From: an uncultured archaeon
GTDB lineage: Archaea > Asgardarchaeota > Jordiarchaeia > Jordiarchaeales > Jordiarchaeaceae
DNA: 32,000 bases
Assembly: GCA_964510585.1 (NCBI GenBank)
Contig: CAZECW010000188.1
Coordinates: forward strand, 1 to 32,000
Direction of reading: 5' to 3'
A program made the position numbers and the translations under genes. This document shows, piece after piece, positions 1 to 9,846 of this stretch (positions within the stretch are counted from its first letter, which is position 1; every line of letters begins with the position of its first letter). The notes beneath the pieces were generated by a model that was not told the origin of the DNA, ran no database searches, and worked only from the letters and a program-made list of their open reading frames with translations.

Positions 1-25
1 TGTCTGTAGAAGCAAGCAAAAACAC

Positions 26-33
26 TCACCTCC
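26..33 (-). promoter_or_regulatory. Shine-Dalgarno site of a divergent gene that starts near position 19 and leaves the window to the left
   Basis: Minus strand reads GGAGGTGA (33..26), then an in-frame TTG at 19..17 (TTG CTT GCT TCT ACA GAC) open to the edge. Too short to identify. Confidence 0.35.
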
Positions 34-219
34 CAATGGTTAACCTCTCCCATTTTGGTGACTTAGGGAATATGGTTGGAAGTATAAATAAGGCAAAAAT
101 TTTTAAATAGATATTTAGATTTATCTATGAATCTTTTAATCTTGGATTTTGCTTGAAAACTCATTTGTTTCTTGATTGCGTGCTACTAAAAATTAAGAAT
201 TGAAAAAGAAGGCGGCATA

Positions 220-1005
220 ATGGGAAAGACAAAGGTTTGGAACTACTTAATGGATATTATTAATGATGGTAGGGCGGTACACTTAACACTGATAGACCCC
301 GATCCACTGAGGCAATCAGCTGAGGTGGCAGGTATTATGGCTAAGTATGCTGCTGAGGCAGGTACAGACGCCTTCATGTTAGGTGGTTCCACTGCATTCG
401 GAATTTTGGACGAAACCATCCTCGAAATAAAAAGGCAAACCGATTTGCCAGTGATACTCTTTCCTGGAAACGTCGCGGGTATTTCAAAATATGCAGATGC
501 GGTATTCTTTATGAGCGTTTTGAACTCCAGAAATCCCTACTATATTATTCGGGCCCAACTCACAGGCGCCCAAGCCATTAAGATATTTGGCCTAGAACCA
601 ATAGGTATGGCTTATTTGATTTTAGAGCCAGGAGGCACCGCTGGCTATATGGGCGAGGCTCAACTTATCCCCCGCAACAAACCCCAGATAGCTGCTGCCT
701 ATGCTTTAGCAGCCCAGTACATCGGTTTCAAGTTGGTTTACCTAGAGGCTGGGTCGGGGGCAGAAGAGAAGGCGCCGCTAGAAATGATTTCAGCCGTTTC
801 TTCAACAATCGATATTCCTCTCATAGTGGGAGGAGGAGTAGAATCTCCAGAACAGGCAGTTGAGGTAATACGTGCAGGCGCCGACATGCTGGTGCAAGGA
901 ACATTCATAGAAAAAACTATTTTGCAGGATAAGGGCGAGAAACTAGCAAAAGTAATCTCAGCAATGAAGAAGGAGAAGAGACTTAAGTCAAAACAAGTGA
1001 AATGA
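220..1005 (+). CDS. Geranylgeranylglyceryl phosphate (GGGP) synthase, group II
   Basis: Motifs LIDPD, GGST, ILFPG, SVLNSRNPYYI, YLILEPGGTAGY, YLEAGSGA and VGGG are typical of this archaeal lipid-synthesis TIM barrel. Confidence 0.95.
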   Translation: MGKTKVWNYLMDIINDGRAVHLTLIDPDPLRQSAEVAGIMAKYAAEAGTDAFMLGGSTAFGILDETILEIKRQTDLPVILFPGNVAGISKYADAVFFMSVLNSRNPYYIIRAQLTGAQAIKIFGLEPIGMAYLILEPGGTAGYMGEAQLIPRNKPQIAAAYALAAQYIGFKLVYLEAGSGAEEKAPLEMISAVSSTIDIPLIVGGGVESPEQAVEVIRAGADMLVQGTFIEKTILQDKGEKLAKVISAMKKEKRLKSKQVK

Positions 1006-1175
1006 AAAATAAAATTTGTATTGAAATAATTCGTTGAATAGGCTCTTGTTCTCTTTGCTTTACAAAATAAGCGGTGCCTAGAACTTTCAAACACAGTGTC
1101 TATTTGGTGAGATTGTAAATCATTCTCATGCATCGAATAAAGAGGCGTATTTGCTGAATTATAGTTGTAGAAACG

Positions 1176-1215
1176 TTTTTATTTTTGGTTTTTTATTTGT
1201 TGTTCTGGTTTTTCT
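1176..1215 (+). terminator. Putative oligo-T terminator after GGGP synthase
   Basis: Several T5-T6 tracts between the GGGPS stop and the rib promoter. Confidence 0.35.
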
Positions 1216-1240
1216 TTGGAATTGTGGGTGAGAAGGAAGG

Positions 1241-1271
1241 GTTACTCATTTTTTAGTAGCAACTCTTATAT
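1241..1271 (+). promoter_or_regulatory. Candidate operator (TACT-N8-AGTA) and TATA box of the riboflavin operon
   Basis: GTTACT-CATTTTTT-AGTAGC at 1241-1260, TTATAT at 1266-1271, ribB start about 45 nt downstream. Confidence 0.55.
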
Positions 1272-1315
1272 GTGTGAGTGGATGTGTTTACATCGAAATC
1301 TAGGTGGCCTCAAAA

Positions 1316-2498
<1,183 letters not shown>

Positions 2499-2518
2499 AT
2501 GTGAGGAGTGTTTATTTT

Positions 2519-2935
2519 ATGGAAGAAAAAGTGAGACTGGGAATTGTGGTAGCAGAATTTAATTATGATATTACCTATCTGATGCTCCAAAGAGCTCTTG
2601 ATCATGCTGAGTTTCTGGGCGCCACAGTGGAGAAGGTGATTAAGGTTCCTGGATCTTTTGATATGCCTCTAGCCATCAAAAGGCTTCTCCAAATGGATAA
2701 TATTGATGCTGTGGTCACTATAGGCGCCATTCTTAAGGGGGACACTGACCATGATCAGGTGGTGGCTCAGCATGCGGCGCGGAAAATGATGGATCTCGCC
2801 TTAGAGTATAACAAGCCGGTGGCTCTAGGAGTATCGGGGCCGGGAATGACCAGAATGGAAGCAACGGAAAGAATTGAGGAATACGCAAAGAGAAGCGTTG
2901 AAGCTGCTGTAAAAATGGTTCGGCGTTTGAAATAG
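2519..2935 (+). CDS. ribH: 6,7-dimethyl-8-ribityllumazine synthase
   Basis: [43 protein letters not shown] 2519 follows GAGGAGTG. Confidence 0.95.
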   Translation: MEEKVRLGIVVAEFNYDITYLMLQRALDHAEFLGATVEKVIKVPGSFDMPLAIKRLLQMDNIDAVVTIGAILKGDTDHDQVVAQHAARKMMDLALEYNKPVALGVSGPGMTRMEATERIEEYAKRSVEAAVKMVRRLK

Positions 2936-2973
2936 GTAATGGTTTTGGTGGTGCCACGTAGAGGCGTACTATT

Positions 2974-3738
2974 ATGATTCAGCTAACTTTAATACAGCTT
3001 GACAATTATGGACGATTCACCGAGCTCCTAGGGGCGGATCGGGAGTCCGATTTACAGATTCTACAATCGGAGCTCTATGCGGATCTCCAAAGGATGTTTG
3101 CTCTGAGAAGAGGATTGGTTTTTTATAATCGTTTTGATAACATGCTTGCGGTGTCTAATGGCATATCGGTCCAGGAGCATGAGATGATTTTAAGGAGTGT
3201 GACTAGAAGGTATCCGGTTTCCATTAGTATGGGCATTGGTTCTGCTGAAACGCCTTATGAGGCTCAAGTTCTGGCAACAAAAGTTTTACAAGAGACGGGT
3301 AGCGCCCAGTCGGAGACCCGCAAAGCGATTCTGGCGCAAAAGTCTAATGATAACGGTGGTCAGGAGTATGTTCAGATCGCCCACATAGACATAAATGGCT
3401 TCACGTCGAAAGTCACGGATCGGGAATCCGCTTACCAGAGTACTTATCTTATATATTCTTCTACCTCTATTCTCATGAGAATGTTTGGGGATAAGGGAGC
3501 CCTCCTCTTTTTTAATGGGGGGGATAATTTTATTGCAGTTTGTAATGGTTTGAAGAAGTCTGACTTCAAAGAAATATTTGATAGGTTTGAGACAAGCATG
3601 AACCTGAGGCTTAAAGCAGGCATAGGCTTTGGCAAAAATGCTCTGGACGCTCTGTCAAGGGCGAATATAGGCCTCTCCTTGATTAGGAAGAAGAAGGTAA
3701 ATGATGTAATATTCCTTAACGAAGAAGAGATGCTCTAA
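2974..3738 (+). CDS. arfA: GTP cyclohydrolase III (IIa)
   Basis: IQLDNYGRFT..LG.DRESDLQ.LQ, RFDNMLAVSNG, HIDIN, GGDNF: the duplicated cyclase-like fold of archaeal GCH III. Confidence 0.92.
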   Translation: MIQLTLIQLDNYGRFTELLGADRESDLQILQSELYADLQRMFALRRGLVFYNRFDNMLAVSNGISVQEHEMILRSVTRRYPVSISMGIGSAETPYEAQVLATKVLQETGSAQSETRKAILAQKSNDNGGQEYVQIAHIDINGFTSKVTDRESAYQSTYLIYSSTSILMRMFGDKGALLFFNGGDNFIAVCNGLKKSDFKEIFDRFETSMNLRLKAGIGFGKNALDALSRANIGLSLIRKKKVNDVIFLNEEEML

Positions 3739-3741
3739 GCC

Positions 3742-4923
3742 ATGTCGTACGCCATCTACGCTGACTTCTGCCTAGTGGGGAAAGAACTTCAACTACTTGA
3801 AGACGTGTACATTACGATTTCAGATGAGGGCAAATTTGAGAGCGTCTCGAAGGAAGCCCCGAAGTTTAAAGTCTACTCGATTTTTGAGGACTGCCTCATA
3901 CTTCCCACATTTATAAATGCGCATACCCATGTGGGGGACTCCTTCGCTAAGGAGATGGGATACCAGTATTCCGTAGAGGAAGTGGTAGAGCCGCCACGGG
4001 GACTGAAGCACAGACTTTTGGCAGAGGCTTCCGAGGAAGAGTTGACTTCTGGAATTCGTAATGCTTGCTTGGAGATGTTATCTTCTGGCACATCCACATT
4101 TGCTGATTTTAGGGAGGGAGGACTGAAGGGAATAAATATGCTCAGCCAGGTAACAAGTAGTTTTCCAGTTAAAGCCATAAAGCTTGGAAGACCAAACCAA
4201 GGAACATTCCTAGAAGAACTGCTTCCCCATGTGGATGGTGTAGGATTAAGCTCCACAAACATTTATAGTGACATGGAGCTGAAACAGATTTCGGAAAAAT
4301 GTAAAAAGGAAAATAAACTAATTGCGGTGCACGCCTCAGAAACAGTTAAGGAGCGAGAAATTGCATTCGAGAAATGGGGTGTCTCAGACGTTAAGAGAGC
4401 CATAGATGTTTTAGGTGCAGACATCTTGGTGCACTTGACTCACATAGACGAGGAGGACATGAAACTGCTCAAGGGCAGAAGTGTTGTTTGTTGCCCGCGC
4501 GCCAACGCTTATTTTGGAGTAGGTTTTCCACCAATAGAAAATCTTGTGGAGGAGGGAGTAAGCGTTTGTCTTGGGACGGACAACGTTATGGCTAACTCCT
4601 TAGACCTTTTTAGAGAAATGGAGTTTTTAGGGAAAACACTCCGAGGAAAATATGGTAAAAATGCATTGCACTCCAAAAAAATAATAGAAATGGTTACAGT
4701 TAACCCCGCACAATTGTTTAATCTTGATTCGGGTTGGATAGCGTCTGGGCGAAGTGCAGACTTTATTGTTTTAAATCTGGATGCTCCCAACATTAGACCA
4801 GTAAATGACATTTACCACTCTGTGGTTCACAGAGCAAATTCTGAGAACATTGAATTCGTCTATATTAAGGGAAAAAAGGTTTTCGAGAGAGATTATTTGT
4901 TAAAAAGAGGGCTGGTCTTTTGA
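3742..4923 (+). CDS. Metal-dependent amidohydrolase, deaminase-type (SAH/MTA/guanine-deaminase-like)
   Basis: NAHTH, HASE, VHLTH, CPRAN, GTDN, ADFIVL. Superfamily is clear; substrate is not. Confidence 0.85.
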   Translation: MSYAIYADFCLVGKELQLLEDVYITISDEGKFESVSKEAPKFKVYSIFEDCLILPTFINAHTHVGDSFAKEMGYQYSVEEVVEPPRGLKHRLLAEASEEELTSGIRNACLEMLSSGTSTFADFREGGLKGINMLSQVTSSFPVKAIKLGRPNQGTFLEELLPHVDGVGLSSTNIYSDMELKQISEKCKKENKLIAVHASETVKEREIAFEKWGVSDVKRAIDVLGADILVHLTHIDEEDMKLLKGRSVVCCPRANAYFGVGFPPIENLVEEGVSVCLGTDNVMANSLDLFREMEFLGKTLRGKYGKNALHSKKIIEMVTVNPAQLFNLDSGWIASGRSADFIVLNLDAPNIRPVNDIYHSVVHRANSENIEFVYIKGKKVFERDYLLKRGLVF

Positions 4924-5585
4924 AAAAACCCTATGTTATTCTAAACTCCGCCATGAGTCTTGACGGAAAAATTGCAACTCGAGGAGGAGACTCCGCATTT
5001 TCAGACGAGGAAGACTGGAAGAGAGTACACAAGCTCAGATCCCAAGTGGACGCCATAATGGTGGGGATAAACACCATTCTCCTGGATGACTCCAAACTCA
5101 CTTCAAAAAAGGGAAGGAGCCCCATAAGAGTGGTTGTGGACAGTAAAGCAAGAACACCCCCCAACGCCAGAGTAATCACGGTAAGACCCGAGATAGAAAC
5201 CATAATCGCAATAACAAGCAGAGCCCCTCCAGAAAAAATTGCCAACCTGCAAAGAAAAGGAGCAAAAATAATAGTTTGTGGAGACGGGGAAAAGGTAGAT
5301 CTAGAAATACTCATGGAGAAGCTTTACGAGCGAGGCGTTAGGAATTTACTGCTTGAAGGAGGAGGAAACTTAAACTGGGGAATGCTAAGCAAGGGACTCG
5401 TAGATGAAATCAGAATCGCAATATCTCCAGTAATAGTGGGAGGCGAAAAAGCCACAACCCTAGTGGAAGGAGAAGGATACGCCAAAGTAAGCGAAGGTGT
5501 AAAGCTAGAACAGGTCAACTGTGAACAGGTGGGCAAATGCATAGTCCTCACGTACAAAGTTCTGAACACCAGGAGGGAGGAATAA
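4920..5585 (+). CDS. arfC: 2,5-diamino-6-ribosylamino-4(3H)-pyrimidinone 5'-phosphate reductase
   Basis: KPYVILNSAMSLDGKIA, DAIMVG.NT, P.RVVVDS, LLEGGG, VDEI. RibD C-terminal (DHFR-like) domain only, no deaminase domain. TTG start overlaps the upstream TGA. Confidence 0.93.
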   Translation: MKKPYVILNSAMSLDGKIATRGGDSAFSDEEDWKRVHKLRSQVDAIMVGINTILLDDSKLTSKKGRSPIRVVVDSKARTPPNARVITVRPEIETIIAITSRAPPEKIANLQRKGAKIIVCGDGEKVDLEILMEKLYERGVRNLLLEGGGNLNWGMLSKGLVDEIRIAISPVIVGGEKATTLVEGEGYAKVSEGVKLEQVNCEQVGKCIVLTYKVLNTRREE

Positions 5586-6248
5586 TTGAAGCACGTCATA
5601 TTGCCCATTGGAAGCACAGAACAACATGGACCCCACCTACCACTAGGCACCGACACCTATATCGCAAAAAGAATATCTGAGGCCCTAGCCACAGAGCTAA
5701 AAATTGACCTAGTGCCCACGCTGAGTTACGGGGTATCAGGAGAACACACAGGTTTCCCCGGAACAATTGGCATCCAACCCGAAACACTGTTGAAAACAGT
5801 GGAGGACATCAGTAAAAGTCTATTAAAATGCTACCAAAAGGTCATAATTGTCAACACCCATGGAGGAAACACTCCAACACTCCAAAAATTAAAAAACGAG
5901 AAAATAATCATAGTCGACCTATTTCACGCCCTAAAAGGGATGCTGGAAAACCTGAGAGAAACAGATATGGGAGGAATCTGCCACGCATGTGAAGCGGAAA
6001 CCTCCCTCATGCTATACCTCAAACCCGACCTAGTAAAAAAGGAAAAAATCACCGAGGACATAGTTAAATACGTTCCCCAACTTGACCCACAATCAGAATC
6101 ACCCCTCCCAAATGGCTGGAAAACCATAAACTACTCCCAATCAGGAGTAATTGGAGACCCCACAAAAGCCACACCAGAGAAGGGAAAGAAAATATTTGAC
6201 GCTCTAATCAGAAAAATGTCAGAAAAATTAGAAACTCTCCTAACTTGA
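5586..6248 (+). CDS. arfB: Creatininase-family formamide hydrolase (FAPy deformylase)
   Basis: LPIGSTEQHGPHLPLGTD, YGVSGEH.GFPGT, NTHGGN, HACEAETS, SGVIGDP, in riboflavin operon context. Confidence 0.85.
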   Translation: MKHVILPIGSTEQHGPHLPLGTDTYIAKRISEALATELKIDLVPTLSYGVSGEHTGFPGTIGIQPETLLKTVEDISKSLLKCYQKVIIVNTHGGNTPTLQKLKNEKIIIVDLFHALKGMLENLRETDMGGICHACEAETSLMLYLKPDLVKKEKITEDIVKYVPQLDPQSESPLPNGWKTINYSQSGVIGDPTKATPEKGKKIFDALIRKMSEKLETLLT

Positions 6249-6250
6249 GT

Positions 6251-6305
6251 AAAAAAGATAGTACAGAAAGCCAAGTAGAGCTTAAAAAACCAAAAGGGGA
6301 AAATA
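6251..6305 (-). terminator. Putative oligo-T terminator after the GTPase pair
   Basis: T4-T6 tracts on the minus strand in the convergent gap between arfB and the GTPase. Confidence 0.35.
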
Positions 6306-6322
6306 AGGCACTCCACCTCTAT

Positions 6323-6856
6323 TTATGTGCGATATTTTGGAGTACTAAGAATCTTTTCCGCCAGTTTGTAAAAAGCCATTATCACGTTTTTACCAGTCTT
6401 GGCCGAGGACTCCAAATAATCAACCCCAATACTCCTAGCATAATCAACAGCCTTCTCCCTAGGCACCCTGCGAAAAACAGCCAAATCGTACTTATTTCCC
6501 ACAAGAATCAAAGGAACCTCTTTATTCAAACTAGACCTGATCTGTCCAAGCCAATCTCCCAAACTCTCAAAGCTTTCCTCGCTGGTAATGTCGAAAACCA
6601 GCATAGCACCGTCAGAACCCCTATAAAGAATATTCTCCCCAAAACGGAACTTCTCCTGACCCCCAATTTCAAAAATACTCAAACTAACACGCTTACCCTC
6701 AATGTCCAGCTCCCTATTCGATATGCGAGTAAAGTCCGCTCCCTTGTAACCCTCAATAAAAACCCCATGAACAAACCTACGAGTGATACTCGTTTTACCA
6801 ACCCCAGTGTCACCAGCCAAAACCACTTTGAGCATTAACTCCTTACCAGACACCAC
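6323..6856 (-). CDS. Rab/Ras-like small GTPase with atypical G2 and G3 motifs
   Basis: G1 GDTGVGKT, G4 NKYD and G5 SAK intact; G3 reads FEIGGQ; no G2 Thr; Rab-like YRGSDGAMLVFDIT. Start GTG at 6856 or 6853. Confidence 0.9.
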   Translation of the reverse strand: MVSGKELMLKVVLAGDTGVGKTSITRRFVHGVFIEGYKGADFTRISNRELDIEGKRVSLSIFEIGGQEKFRFGENILYRGSDGAMLVFDITSEESFESLGDWLGQIRSSLNKEVPLILVGNKYDLAVFRRVPREKAVDYARSIGVDYLESSAKTGKNVIMAFYKLAEKILSTPKYRT

Positions 6857-7049
6857 TCAAAACAACCCCTTACCGAACCTTTTTACAACCCACAACAACA
6901 AACCCCAACGAAGCAAATCCTGCATAATAAAAGTCGAATCACCAAATAAAGATTAACCACAAACTAAAGAAAGCACCCTTCACGCTTAATAAGCAGAGAC
7001 GTTAAAAATATGAGGAGGGAGCAAAATGCAACAAAAACCCTGAATAGAA

Positions 7050-7577
7050 TTAGAGACCCTTACTTTGAATAATGCTCTTAGCCAGCGCCAAAAAGGCAGC
7101 CTCTACATTATCTCCTTCCTTGGCCGAGGTCTCAAAGAATGGCGCACCCAAACTCTTCGCGTAATCTTCTCCCTCGCTCCTCTTAACCTCCCTAAGATTC
7201 TTCAAATCACACTTGTTACCAACAACCACCACCGCTGCAACATCATTTGTATTATTCATCATTTCAGTTCTCCAATTTTCAAGATTTTCTAAAGTTGTCC
7301 TACGAGTAACATCATAGACCAAAAGTGCACCAACCGCACCCAAATAGAACCCTGACCTAACATGTTTAAAGTGGGGCTGCCCAGCCAAGTCCCAAATAAT
7401 AAGTTTAACAGAAGTACCCTCAACACTAAGGCTCTTGGCGAAAATATTTGTTCCTAGAGTCATTTTGTAATCTTTCTGAAATTTTCCAGTAATGAATTTT
7501 TCAATTAAGCTTGTTTTACCCACAGCTCCGTCGCCTGCCAGAATTACTTTGTACATTAGTTCTTTGGGTTTGGACAT
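7050..7577 (-). CDS. Rab-like small GTPase, canonical motifs
   Basis: GDGAVGKT, YKMTLG, WDLAGQ, LLVYDVT, NKCD, ETSAK. No C-terminal Cys prenylation motif. Confidence 0.95.
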   Translation of the reverse strand: MSKPKELMYKVILAGDGAVGKTSLIEKFITGKFQKDYKMTLGTNIFAKSLSVEGTSVKLIIWDLAGQPHFKHVRSGFYLGAVGALLVYDVTRRTTLENLENWRTEMMNNTNDVAAVVVVGNKCDLKNLREVKRSEGEDYAKSLGAPFFETSAKEGDNVEAAFLALAKSIIQSKGL

Positions 7578-8273
7578 TTTTCAACCATCCTTATCAATGC
7601 TTTAGAAGATTGTTTGCCCCTTTAAGGCTCTCAACTTACTCACTTTTTGCTTTCCATCTTAAATTTTTGTCCCTGAGAATATAATTCCATCACAATATAA
7701 TATTTATTTTTTGGGTAAAAATTACATTTTTCTCTAATATATTTTGTGAATAAGACAGTTAGACTAGAAGCAGATAAGTAGCGGGCTGGAAGTTTTGATT
7801 GCCCCACAGAAAAAGTCACCTCCACCTAGCCAACCCAAACCAGCCAACAACTTACACCTCCACTTAATAGGATCAAGGGACAGAATGCCACTAGAAATCA
7901 TATCTTTTGAGCTAATGTCTATGATCTAGGGCTTTTTAACGCCACTAAATTCCTTTAAGTATATATCCTGAAAAAGATTTTGAGCAAAAAAGTTGAGAAA
8001 ACCTCCCTTTTTTGGTGAGTAGGAGTTTCCCTTGTATCGTAACCCTTAGGAAGGGTGGATTCAAATTTATTTGTTCTTTTCGAACTGTCTCAGTAAACCA
8101 TGTGTTTTACGATGACTCTTCACACCCAGCAGGCGGAATATTTAGTGTAGCTGCGCAACTGCAATTTTATTGATGGGGGTGGTTGAGGTTTTCATTTCTT
8201 TTGAAGCAAATTTTATATGATTTTGTTAATCATCGTTCTTAATCCCAAGGAATAGTTGAGGTGAAGTGATTTT

Positions 8274-8627
8274 ATGGAAGAGTTGTTGGATGAAGTTCTG
8301 GAGCATATTGGTAAGGCCAAGTCTGCTGAAGATGGCGAGGGTTTAAAGCTTGAGGCTTGGATGGCTCGAGCTAGTTTGGAGCTTTTTCTCATTAAGTTGG
8401 TTCTGCTGCATGGTTTGGAGGAGAGGGAACCGCCTTCTGGGCCTAGTGTGAAGAGGAAGGAGCAGAATAGGGATTTGAAGCTTTTGGGTTTGGCTGAGGA
8501 AAAGGTTAGGGAGGCTCAGCGGGCTTTTGTTAGTGGGGATTATTTTTTGACTTATGAATGTGTTTGGTATGCTAAGAATGCTTTAACTAAGATTGTAACT
8601 TCGGATTCTAAGGTTTCGGGTGGGTAA
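8274..8627 (+). CDS. Hypothetical all-helical protein, 117 aa
   Basis: ATG after GAGGTGAAGTGA; amphipathic helices; no family recognised. Confidence 0.7.
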   Translation: MEELLDEVLEHIGKAKSAEDGEGLKLEAWMARASLELFLIKLVLLHGLEEREPPSGPSVKRKEQNRDLKLLGLAEEKVREAQRAFVSGDYFLTYECVWYAKNALTKIVTSDSKVSGG

Positions 8628-8709
8628 ACCGAGTTTTTGTGGCAGCTTCTGTGGAGTGGTGAAAGGTTTATTTTTGTTTCTTGCTTCTTTTGTTTTTGGA
8701 GTTGATTTT

Positions 8710-9279
8710 TTGAAGACTGGTGTTAGGGTTTTGGGTGTGGCAGAGAGTTTTGTTAAGGGTGCTAGTAAGCGTTCGGTTCTTGCGGGTGTGGTTATGAGGG
8801 GTGATCTTCAGATTGATGGCTTCGCCTTCTCGACAGTTACTGTGGGAGGATTGGACGCAACTGAGGGCGTGCTTAAGCTCTACCGAGTTCTTGATAGAAG
8901 TGATATTAGGTTTCTGTTTTTGAATGGTTGTATCATTAGTTGGTTTAACATTGTGGATTTGAATCGGGTATATGGCGAGTTGAGTATCCCTTTGGTATGT
9001 ATAACTTATGAGGAGTCTGCAGGGTTAGAGAAATACTTTAAGGAGTACTTTTCGGATTGGGAGGAGAGACTGAAGATTTATAGTAGACTGGGAGATAGGG
9101 AGCCCCTTAGGCTTAATACGGGTTATGAGATTTTTGTGCGTTACTTGGGACTGAGCAGGGAGGAGGCGGTAAGGGTTTTGAACAAGTTTACTCTTCAGGG
9201 CTCTGTTCCTGAACCCTTAAAAACAGCTCGCCTGCTGTCTAGGGCGATTATAAGAAGTGGGATTGCAAATTTAGATTAG
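8710..9279 (+). CDS. DUF99 (endonuclease V-like fold) family protein
   Basis: RVLGVAESF, LAGVVMR.D..IDG, VGGLDAT, GCIISWFNIVD, VPEPLKTARL. TTG 8710 after GGAGTTG is preferred over the ORF-track start at 8620. Confidence 0.8.
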   Translation: MKTGVRVLGVAESFVKGASKRSVLAGVVMRGDLQIDGFAFSTVTVGGLDATEGVLKLYRVLDRSDIRFLFLNGCIISWFNIVDLNRVYGELSIPLVCITYEESAGLEKYFKEYFSDWEERLKIYSRLGDREPLRLNTGYEIFVRYLGLSREEAVRVLNKFTLQGSVPEPLKTARLLSRAIIRSGIANLD

Positions 9280-9384
9280 AGCGTAATTGGGTTTATTGAT
9301 TCTGAGTTTTTGCGGGTTTTTCACTTTCCCTCTCTCTATTAGGACTCCACGTTTAATGCGTAATTTTTTGCTGGTTTCTGGTTA

Positions 9385-9846
9385 TTAGTTTTTCATGTTA
9401 CTCCAGAGAAGGTCTTCTATGGCTTTGAAGTTTATTAAGCGATCTAGATTGTTTCCCTCAAGTATTTTTTGGATTTCACTTTCTAGGTATTCTAGTTCTT
9501 TTTTGTTGTTTTTTCCATCCTTGAATAGAGTGTCGTATTTCTCTTGGAATTTTTTGTAGATTTTTTTGAATTTGGAAATGTCTGATGGTTCCTGTTGGGG
9601 GTCAATTACTGCTATCATTGTGAAGTTCGTGTCTTTGTGGAATATAAACCCGTTTTCGCCTATGACGAATGAGGAGAAGCCATTGTTACTCTTTTTTTCA
9701 GTAAAAACGTTAGAGAAGTCTGATAGTGCGGAGACGAAATTGGTGAGTTCCTTGATGTTTATGTCTCTCTTGGAGTTTTCTTTGATGTATAGTGGTTTTC
9801 CCTCGCTTGATAGTATGTATATGGCGTGAATCAAAAGGTTCACCAC
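9385..9846 (-). CDS. Longin-like domain protein
   Basis: IHAIYILSSEGKPLY hairpin, helix FVSALSDFS, strands FSSFVI / FIFHK / FTMIAVID, helices KKIYKKFQEKY: longin beta-beta-alpha-beta-beta-beta-alpha-alpha pattern. Pattern recognition only. Confidence 0.6.
   Translation of the reverse strand: MVNLLIHAIYILSSEGKPLYIKENSKRDINIKELTNFVSALSDFSNVFTEKKSNNGFSSFVIGENGFIFHKDTNFTMIAVIDPQQEPSDISKFKKIYKKFQEKYDTLFKDGKNNKKELEYLESEIQKILEGNNLDRLINFKAIEDLLWSNMKN

Noticed and set aside
1006-1315. FMN riboswitch upstream of ribB
   Set aside because: The region is T-rich with no GC-rich multi-stem structure or RFN motifs, and the predicted leader is short.
6245-6838. 197-aa plus-strand ORF
   Set aside because: Antisense shadow of the GTPase, helped by the A+C-rich composition; no recognisable motifs.
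6323-7577. Prenylated eukaryote-type Rab, or eukaryotic contamination
   Set aside because: No C-terminal Cys motifs or hypervariable tails, no introns, and an archaeal operon context.
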